Shown: one piece after another, positions 10,001-15,179 of the stretch | Position numbering within the stretch: the stretch's first letter is position 1 | Layout: every line of letters begins with the position of its first letter | DNA from: Trichlorobacter lovleyi SZ | GTDB taxonomy: Bacteria; Desulfobacterota; Desulfuromonadia; Geobacterales; Pseudopelobacteraceae | Direction: 5' to 3' | Length of the DNA stretch: 32,000 bases | Assembly: GCF_000020385.1 (NCBI RefSeq) | Contig: NC_010814.1 | Coordinates: forward strand, 2,220,001-2,252,000 | Made by a program: the position numbers and the translations under genes | Notes under the pieces: generated by a model | The model's input: the letters and a program-made list of their open reading frames with translations, nothing else | Databases searched by the model: none | Told to the model about the DNA's origin: nothing

Positions 10001-12192
10001 CAAACTACTGAATCATGTATACGATCAAGAATCCTGTTAACAATACCCAGATTAACTAATGCGTGAGTATTTTCAGGACAAAGTTCAAGCACCTTAAGAA
10101 GATGCTTCCTGGCAAGCTGATGCCTAGCCACAGATAAGTACAGAATTCCAAGTTGCAGCCTAGACTCAAAACGTTTTGGATAACGTCGAACTCCAGCACG
10201 ATACATGCTTATGGCTTTTTCCAGCTGACCAAGTTTTTTATAAGCACCAGCCAACAGATTAATTGCTTCATAATGAGCCGGCTCTCGCTTAAGTAACTCT
10301 GTGAGCAATCTGATTGTATACTCTGGGTCTTCATCATTCAGAGCAACAGCCCCTGAAGAATAGAGTTCTTCAGGACTAAAATGTTCCAAAGATGCAGGAG
10401 AATCGCAATTTGTTTGCCAGTTTTCTAAAATTTCCTTATACAGAGTCTCCATGTTTTTAGCAAAAGCAAGGCCATCACATAAAGGGGAGCTTGCCATTTC
10501 TCTTCTCAAGTTCCTCCTCATTAATGACAATCTGTTTGGATCTAAAGCAAGATTTTGAGCAATTTGAACATAATCGTCTAAGGTAGACGCCACCAATTCA
10601 TGATGATCTATGGCATACAAAAATGCTTTGCTTTGACGACTAATAGGGGTTCCCATCTCAAGAGTAACAACCGGAACTCCCATCCAGAGTGCTTCACAAG
10701 TACTAGCGCCACCATTGTACGGAAAAGGGTCCAGAGCTATATCTATTTCTCCGTATTCCTGAAGCATTTCATAGTGAGACGATAATTTTTTAAAAATAAT
10801 CCTGTTAGACGAAATACCATGTATTTTAAAACGACGTATAAAATCATCTACAACGACATCATCACTGAAAGATTTGGATTTGAGAAGCAGCTTTGAATGA
10901 GATACGGCATGTAAAACTCTAGACCACGCATCAACAACCTCTGCCGTTAGTTTGTGGATTGAGTTAAAGGAGCCAAAGGTAATATATCCATTTTTCAAAC
11001 ATGGAGCGGCAGTTGTTGGAGGAGTGTAGGGCATCGGTTCATAACAGAACCTGCACACAGGCAATCGAACAATCTGCTCCGCAAAAAACAGATCATCCTT
11101 CAAAGGGATTGTAATCGGATCGCTAATAAGATAGTCAATGGATTCCAAGCCTGTGGTATTAAAATATCCCAACCAGGTGACTTGCACAGGAGCCGGTTTT
11201 TGAGCAAAGAGTCCTAACCTGTTGAACCCAGTATGACCGGCAAGATCCACCAGAATATCAATACAATCACAACGGATCAACTTTGCAGCCTGAGTATCTG
11301 ATAAGTTATATATATCCCTCATGGCTGCGACATTGCCGGCCAATGTCTCGGTAACCTCGTCTCTCAAAGGAAATGAGTTGTAGAGATATATTTCAAACGT
11401 GTCTTTGTCATGATTTAGAAGGAGTGGTTTTAAATAGTAAACAACCGGATGCAGCTTAAAATCACCTGAGACATAGCCAACTCTAATTTTACGTTCCCTG
11501 CATACAGAATTTAAATATCCGCGATTAGATCTATTTTGATTATCGTAATTTTTTTGTGCCAGTTGCACTGTTTTTTGATAAATATCCTGCTGGCTGAATT
11601 CCGGTAGTAGGTTCATTGTAAATAAAACACTAGATATCAGAGCATCTGTTGCCCGTAATTTCACCCCGTGACTAAAATAAGTGTATGCTTCTTCTGGCTT
11701 ACCAAATGAAAGCATAAGACTACCCAAATTTTGATAATTTAACGCAATGTCAGGGCAAAGCTGCAATGCTTTGGTGCAAAACTCTTGTGCCTCTTCTGTC
11801 TCTCCCTTGGTAATCAACACTGACGCAAGTAATGCCATTGTTTTTGCATTTTCAGGTGCGAGTTTCAGCACTTGCCTATAAAGCTGCTCAGACTCTTCAA
11901 AGAGGAGCATTCCAGACAGAATAACACCCAGATTTTGCAAGGCATCCGCATAACCTGGCTTAAGTTTTATTGCCTCACGAATGAGCTGTTCGCCGACTTC
12001 AAATTCACCAGTCCTGTAGCGAAGCATTCCCATCGCATGCAGGATTCTTGGATTATCATGAAAAGCAACTGACAACTCTTCACAAATTTTTAAGGCATCA
12101 TGCAACTTGCCACTATCCGCAAGTCCATTAATTAGCTTAAACTGTTCATCTATAGATGTTTCACTGATCTTCGTTACATTTTTTAAGTTCAT
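7048..12192 (-). CDS. Giant protein with three tandem TPR + GT41 (O-GlcNAc transferase / SPINDLY-like) glycosyltransferase modules
   Basis: The 1714-aa ORF contains three colinear repeats. Each has TPR helices followed by R(V/I)G(Y/F)VS.DF..H.V ... DLAGHT...F...P.P(V/I)Q(V/M).W.GY..TTGL..IDY ... TFGSFN...K ... D.(F/P)PY/F.G..T...ALWMGVP(V/I)(V/I)T ... SPLCDG/SSLFDG. These closely parallel human OGT segments as I recall them (GYVSSDFGNHP; RPAPIQAMWLGYPGTSG; FNQLYK; GHTTGMDVLWAGTPMVT). Confidence 0.8.
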   Translation of the reverse strand: MNLKNVTKISETSIDEQFKLINGLADSGKLHDALKICEELSVAFHDNPRILHAMGMLRYRTGEFEVGEQLIREAIKLKPGYADALQNLGVILSGMLLFEESEQLYRQVLKLAPENAKTMALLASVLITKGETEEAQEFCTKALQLCPDIALNYQNLGSLMLSFGKPEEAYTYFSHGVKLRATDALISSVLFTMNLLPEFSQQDIYQKTVQLAQKNYDNQNRSNRGYLNSVCRERKIRVGYVSGDFKLHPVVYYLKPLLLNHDKDTFEIYLYNSFPLRDEVTETLAGNVAAMRDIYNLSDTQAAKLIRCDCIDILVDLAGHTGFNRLGLFAQKPAPVQVTWLGYFNTTGLESIDYLISDPITIPLKDDLFFAEQIVRLPVCRFCYEPMPYTPPTTAAPCLKNGYITFGSFNSIHKLTAEVVDAWSRVLHAVSHSKLLLKSKSFSDDVVVDDFIRRFKIHGISSNRIIFKKLSSHYEMLQEYGEIDIALDPFPYNGGASTCEALWMGVPVVTLEMGTPISRQSKAFLYAIDHHELVASTLDDYVQIAQNLALDPNRLSLMRRNLRREMASSPLCDGLAFAKNMETLYKEILENWQTNCDSPASLEHFSPEELYSSGAVALNDEDPEYTIRLLTELLKREPAHYEAINLLAGAYKKLGQLEKAISMYRAGVRRYPKRFESRLQLGILYLSVARHQLARKHLLKVLELCPENTHALVNLGIVNRILDRIHDSVVCCERALELAPDHLGAIGNLALAQGAMGDISKAVQTLKRGVEISPFNYEMLTTLMSFLFYDATAKQSDVFELSRQVADVLELDAEPWSDCLPRKKKKLLRVGFVSPDFCHHPVGILLLALFQNYNSERLSLFCYSNGSRHDQITDSYQEKAAIWRDITALSDQDAAEIIRNDKIDILIDLAGHTVKSRIQIFCFRPATIQMTWMGYGHTTGLDSIDYIIADNDFIQPQDEQWFVERVVCLPYSRFCFVQPSPSPEVVESPCLDSEFITFGSFNNPLKISENVVEVWSDIMKRVPKSRLVLKFSTFKDVSVRRRFRELFSTYGVSPRRIEFRTFSSPYLMLMEHGDIDIMLDTFPFTGGMTSLNALWMGVPIITLAGTTPISRQTKTFLDLLGLYELVTTNKDEYIETAVKLSFDLEKLQFFRDSLRPALLNSPLCDGRRFAHDVEELLFQLWGGGEQNTHQAIEYAQLCTQQGNFTRERNNPLSSQKLFKKAIALDKNNFIAHNSLGLVYSSLGQLNKAFECFDKALEIEDRYAEAWNNKASLQMVCGNMSEASKSYDKAYALQPERLHIRSNQLLFMNYTPKVTQEEYYTRSVAWKQYIGWQASALDYNDLLVQDAVVPEKLRIGFVSPDFRKHSVAYFLGPLFSHLDKKKYEIVCFSDVIKNDQVTNRLQSYADEWHEVFGIVHQELFEVIKENHVHILFDLAGHTSRNRLEVFAAKPSPIQVSWLGYPNTTGLTEIDYRFTDDIADPVDGDDRWYTEKLVRLSEGFLCYEPPKEAPNVTDFPCIRKGCVTFGSFNNISKTSPYVIETWATILNRVEGSVIMLKNWFFSDQSIQQKFYDGFAAFGITSDRIILLPAAPDIKEHLCMYQHVDIALDTFPYNGTTTTCEALWMGVPVVTFTGDRHAGRVGASILNRIGLSELVARDRNDYIDRAVMLAENICQRPNFRQSIRECFINSSLFDGELFARSFESALDKIWSDYKCSK

Positions 12193-14083
12193 GTTTCAAT
12201 AGCCCCAGATTTTTTTTGCCTTTGGGTGATTTCTCAGAAATAATCGTTACAGCCGCATCAAAATATTGTTTGGCCGCCTCACATTTATTTATCTGTGTTG
12301 AAGCAATTATGCCTGAATAAAAAAGATTTAGATCTTCAGACAGCCTGTAATGTTCAACAAGATATTCAAGTTCAAGACCTTTCAATACTACATCGTATTT
12401 TGTTCTTGCTGAAATCTGTTCATCCTGCATCTCTCTAATTAGTAAAACTGTAGCTTTTAAAGTAGAAACTAGATTTCTGGATTTACGAGCCAACGCCTTT
12501 TGATACAGACATAATGCCGTATTATACATCTTCTTTTCCCTTAACTTTGAAGCGATCATCACTTCCGCCTGTTCGTCAAAGTCAGGAGATGGCAGCAGGG
12601 TCGATGCATCAGAATATTCGTCCAGAGCTTCATCCGTAAACCCTTTTTCAACCAAAGCATGTATATAAATATTTCTCAATTTTCTTATTTTCTGATTTTG
12701 TGACACCGTATCCTGAAAGAGTGTCACATTGGACACCCAGGTTTGGTTACGGCTAAAGGTTATACAAGCAGCTATTAAGCAGATGGATGCTAAAAGCGCA
12801 TAAATATAACGTGACGGAAATGTTTTGATGTTTTGTATTTTTTCAATCCAGAGGCATAATCCAATTATAAAAAATGCAGTTGAAAGGTAAATATACCGCT
12901 CGGCATATGCTGTCCATGCAATAGTACCAAAAACAAAAGGCAAAGCAGGTAATAATAGACTTAAACCGAGCAATAAAAAAATAGATGCCAATGTACGCTT
13001 ATGCAATAAAAATGCAGTTAAGAGCAAAACAGCTATACCAATGAAGTCGTATAATGGATCTATTTCAAGTATAAAAAAATTTAATGGCAAGGGTATAAAA
13101 AACTTCTTTACATAAAAACCTAGTGCACCAATGAACATTGATAGTGTGTAGTTTTTATCAGCTAGCATCAGGATGATTGTTTGCGATATTTTATTGACGC
13201 TAGACAGAAAAACAACCTGGCGTATCAGAAAAAACAGACCAACTGCTACAGACATAAATATAATTAATAAAACAAATTTTTTCCAAAAAACTGCTGATAA
13301 AAAATTAATTCCATTTTTGTAATCAGTAGAAACTATATGTAGAAAATATAAAAGCACCAGAACTGCTACAGCCCAATAACATCCAGTGAACAATGCGACT
13401 AGAAACGAAATAGAATAGTAGCCAAGGTATAAACGCCAATCAAACAAGCGTGTTTCTTGTATAGCCCCATCAGAGCGCGTATATATTACCAGCAACGAAA
13501 CTCCAATCAGAAAGCCAAAAGCGGCTTCTTTTGCTAAAAGAGCAAAAAAAACCGCAATAATAGAGACTAGCAATGCAATCTTTGACTTCTTGTGTAAAAA
13601 ATATAGATACGACAATGTGCCCGCAAGAATAAACGTACCCATCATAACATCGGTTCTGCCAGACAACCAGTTCACTGATTCAGTGGTAATGGGATGCAGT
13701 GTAAAAAGAAGAGCTGAAAAAAGCGGCAAATAATATATATGCTGCCTGTTTACAAGATTAAGCGCAGTTCTGGTAATATAAAAAACTAAAATGCCGTTTA
13801 AAAGGTGTGCAACAACACTCTCAAAATGCATAATCTGATGTTGTAAAAACCATAGTTTTTTATCAAGCAGGTAGCTTAAGCCAATTAATGGCCGGTAGTA
13901 CCCTCCCCCCATATTCTGAGGCGAAAAAATATTACGTAGAGAACTGGTATCACTACCAAATACGCCAGCTAAAGCGCCCAGGTCATCAACAAGGCAAATT
14001 TCGCCAAACTGAGTTGGATAAAACACCAGTAGAACTAATGCACTAATCGCCATAATTTGAAACGTAACAGACAATTTTTGCAT
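12161..14083 (-). CDS. GT-C fold membrane glycosyltransferase (TMTC/PMT-like) with C-terminal TPR domain
   Basis: The 640-aa ORF has roughly 10 or more TM segments. An acidic DD motif follows TM1 (EICLVDDLGAL), then YYRPLIGLSYLLD and HPITTESVNWLSGRTDVMMG, a pattern typical of TMTC/PMT-family enzymes (D-D/E loop, YRPL, HP..TE.V.W...R.D). The last roughly 170 aa are TPR-like. The stop overlaps the next gene's start by 32 nt. Confidence 0.75.
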   Translation of the reverse strand: MQKLSVTFQIMAISALVLLVFYPTQFGEICLVDDLGALAGVFGSDTSSLRNIFSPQNMGGGYYRPLIGLSYLLDKKLWFLQHQIMHFESVVAHLLNGILVFYITRTALNLVNRQHIYYLPLFSALLFTLHPITTESVNWLSGRTDVMMGTFILAGTLSYLYFLHKKSKIALLVSIIAVFFALLAKEAAFGFLIGVSLLVIYTRSDGAIQETRLFDWRLYLGYYSISFLVALFTGCYWAVAVLVLLYFLHIVSTDYKNGINFLSAVFWKKFVLLIIFMSVAVGLFFLIRQVVFLSSVNKISQTIILMLADKNYTLSMFIGALGFYVKKFFIPLPLNFFILEIDPLYDFIGIAVLLLTAFLLHKRTLASIFLLLGLSLLLPALPFVFGTIAWTAYAERYIYLSTAFFIIGLCLWIEKIQNIKTFPSRYIYALLASICLIAACITFSRNQTWVSNVTLFQDTVSQNQKIRKLRNIYIHALVEKGFTDEALDEYSDASTLLPSPDFDEQAEVMIASKLREKKMYNTALCLYQKALARKSRNLVSTLKATVLLIREMQDEQISARTKYDVVLKGLELEYLVEHYRLSEDLNLFYSGIIASTQINKCEAAKQYFDAAVTIISEKSPKGKKNLGLLKHELKKCNEDQ

Positions 14084-14109
14084 ATTCGGCCTTGTTTGAG
14101 ATATTTGCT

Positions 14110-14150
14110 AAAAAAAAGGGTTGGCACAAAATAGCCAACCCTTTAAAAAA
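14110..14150 (-). terminator. Strong (bidirectional-looking) intrinsic terminator immediately after the PilA-C-like gene
   Basis: The minus strand reads UUUUUUUAAAGGGUUGGC-UAUUUUGU-GCCAACCCUUUUUUUU. The GC-rich core stem is 8 bp (GGGUUGGC/GCCAACCC) and can extend by A-U pairs, and a U8 tract follows. It sits 16 nt after the pilA-C stop and about 27 nt before the next ATG. Confidence 0.75.
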
Positions 14151-14165
14151 ACTATAACCTTGAAA

Positions 14166-14525
14166 CTACATAGAAGTCCAATCAGTTCCCGTAAAACTTG
14201 TATTTGTGGCAATTGCTGATGCAACAGACGTAGCATTTCCAGGGGTTGTTGTCTTAAAATAGAGCTTTGCATCACTCTGGTTACTTGCAATGGCCTTATC
14301 CCCCTGACCATGGGCAGCAGCAATACCGTATGCCGTACCAGCAAAACCGGTAGAAACACCTGAGTCAGATACATAGTAGGCGCTAACCTTGTTAGATGAA
14401 GAAAAACTACTACCTCCTACAGATGTAGCACCGGAAAGAGTAAGAGTTGCAGCATAAGAAGCAGAAGCTGCAACCATACTGAGAACAACCACAACAGCTA
14501 ATTTTAGCATATTTTTCTTTGCCAT
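14166..14525 (-). CDS. PilA-C-like secreted Ser/Thr/Gly-rich protein (second half of a split Geobacter-type pilin)
   Basis: The 119-aa ORF has a Sec signal peptide (MAKKNMLKLAVVVVLSMVAASASYA|AT). The mature part is about one third Ser+Thr by my count (31/94). An AAAGGAG SD lies 8 nt upstream, and the gene is 43 nt downstream of pilA-N with no terminator between them. Position and size match the PilA-C (GSU1497-type) partner of truncated geopilins. Confidence 0.75.
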   Translation of the reverse strand: MAKKNMLKLAVVVVLSMVAASASYAATLTLSGATSVGGSSFSSSNKVSAYYVSDSGVSTGFAGTAYGIAAAHGQGDKAIASNQSDAKLYFKTTTPGNATSVASAIATNTSFTGTDWTSM

Positions 14526-14568
14526 GATTTAATATCTCCTTTCTTGGAAAACTTAAATAAAAATGGAC

Positions 14569-14781
14569 TTAGGAACCAGGATATCCTTGACGATCTGCAA
14601 AAACAGACTCAAGAACGGTTTTCAGGTTACGCAAATCACTGGTTGCGTTTGAATTGTAACCCTTGATACGATAGGTTGTAAACTGGGGGATGGCCACGGC
14701 TGCCAGGATGCCGATGATCGCCACAACGATCAGCAGCTCGATGAGGGTGAAGCCTTTTCTGTTCCGAATCTTGTTTAGCAT
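14569..14781 (-). CDS. pilA: Truncated type IVa pilin PilA-N (geopilin)
   Basis: The sequence is MLNKIRNRKG|FTLIELLIVVAIIGILAAVAIPQF..., with a class III signal peptide, the G|F cleavage site and Glu5. The 60-aa mature protein has aromatics at F1, F24, Y27, Y32, F51 and Y57, the same positions as G. sulfurreducens PilA as I recall it. An AAAGGAG SD is present. Confidence 0.93.
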   Translation of the reverse strand: MLNKIRNRKGFTLIELLIVVAIIGILAAVAIPQFTTYRIKGYNSNATSDLRNLKTVLESVFADRQGYPGS

Positions 14782-14804
14782 AGATTCTTCTCCTTTCTGG
14801 TTGT

Positions 14805-14822
14805 CCTGCTGTATATAGCAGG
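14805..14822 (-). promoter_or_regulatory. Perfect 6-bp inverted repeat / 5'-UTR hairpin upstream of pilA-N
   Basis: CCTGCT-GTATAT-AGCAGG lies between the predicted sigma54 promoter and the SD. Its function is unknown; mRNA stability or an operator are possibilities. Confidence 0.3.
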
Positions 14823-14866
14823 TGTAAATTTAAACTGACTACTTAGTTGGAATCAGCTAAAGTTTA

Positions 14867-14882
14867 AGCAAAATACAAGCCA
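14867..14882 (-). promoter_or_regulatory. Sigma54 (RpoN) -24/-12 promoter for pilA-N
   Basis: The minus strand reads TGGCTT-GTATT-TTGCT against the consensus TGGCAC-N5-TTGCW. GG and GC have correct spacing and 9 of the 11 specified consensus positions match. It lies about 85 nt upstream of the pilA-N ATG. Geobacter pilA is known to be RpoN/PilR dependent. Confidence 0.6.
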
Positions 14883-14964
14883 ACATAAAAAAAGAACTAA
14901 CTATCAGTCTTCACGCAACTTTATCCATCCATATTGGAAAACAGTCTAGCATAGGCATGCTGTT

Positions 14965-14992
14965 TGTCAAGCCGCGCTGACATTTTTTGTCA
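14965..14992 (-). promoter_or_regulatory. Candidate enhancer-binding-protein site (TGTCA-N8-TGACA palindrome plus a third TGTCA half-site)
   Basis: The sequence is TGTCA(14965-69)-AGCCGCGC-TGACA(14978-82)-TTTTT-TGTCA(14988-92). It lies about 85-110 bp upstream of the -24/-12 element, the usual UAS distance for NtrC-family activators. Confidence 0.3.
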
Positions 14993-15179
14993 ACGACGTT
15001 CACTTCAACCATATAAGCTGATTGAAGTGGTTGCGGTTTTTGAGACATGAGTATTATCAACGAACCAATCCCCTTAAAAGGAGAGGTCCCATGCAGCACC
15101 GCACCCGTTTCTACCCACTCAATTCGACAAAGAACCTTTTGTTCTTTAAGCCTTACTCTACCTACGGCACCAAAAAACT

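Noticed and set aside
12193-12217. An A8 tract (minus strand) just upstream of the GT41 ATG could act as a slippery or phase-variable site. It might fuse the GT-C and GT41 reading frames, or drive programmed frameshifting in the 32-nt overlap that contains CUUAAAAAAUG.
   Set aside because: In the GT41 frame a TGA stop lies two codons upstream of the ATG (TAT TGA AAC ATG), so a 1-nt slip cannot create a fusion. The -1 frame in the overlap hits TAA immediately. A/T homopolymers of this length are expected by chance in DNA of about 30-35% GC.
13544-13551. An A8/T8 homopolymer inside the GT-C gene could be a contingency-locus (phase-variation) tract.
   Set aside because: It is a single short A/T run in a very AT-rich gene. 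There is no evidence of length heterogeneity from one sequence. Known glycosyltransferase phase switches usually use longer or G/C tracts.
14108-14374. An 88-aa minus-strand ORF overlaps the PilA-C-like gene in another frame.
   Set aside because: It is wholly embedded in or overlapping the better-supported PilA-C frame, which has a signal peptide, an SD and the expected pilin-partner position. It also runs through the terminator hairpin and has no RBS.
15129-15147. The hairpin AAAGAAC-CTTTT-GTTCTTT just downstream of the SBP gene could be a terminator.
   Set aside because: The stem is AT-rich and weak, and no U-tract follows it on the minus strand. It is not a convincing intrinsic terminator.
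14782-15179. I looked for a c-di-GMP (GEMM) riboswitch or other known riboswitch upstream of pilA, and likewise in 18518-18700, because GEMM elements are common in Geobacter.
   Set aside because: I could not find the conserved GEMM-I features I remember (the GGCAAACC / ACGCAAAGC-type cores and paired P1/P2 tetraloop-receptor layout). An Rfam scan would be the decisive test.
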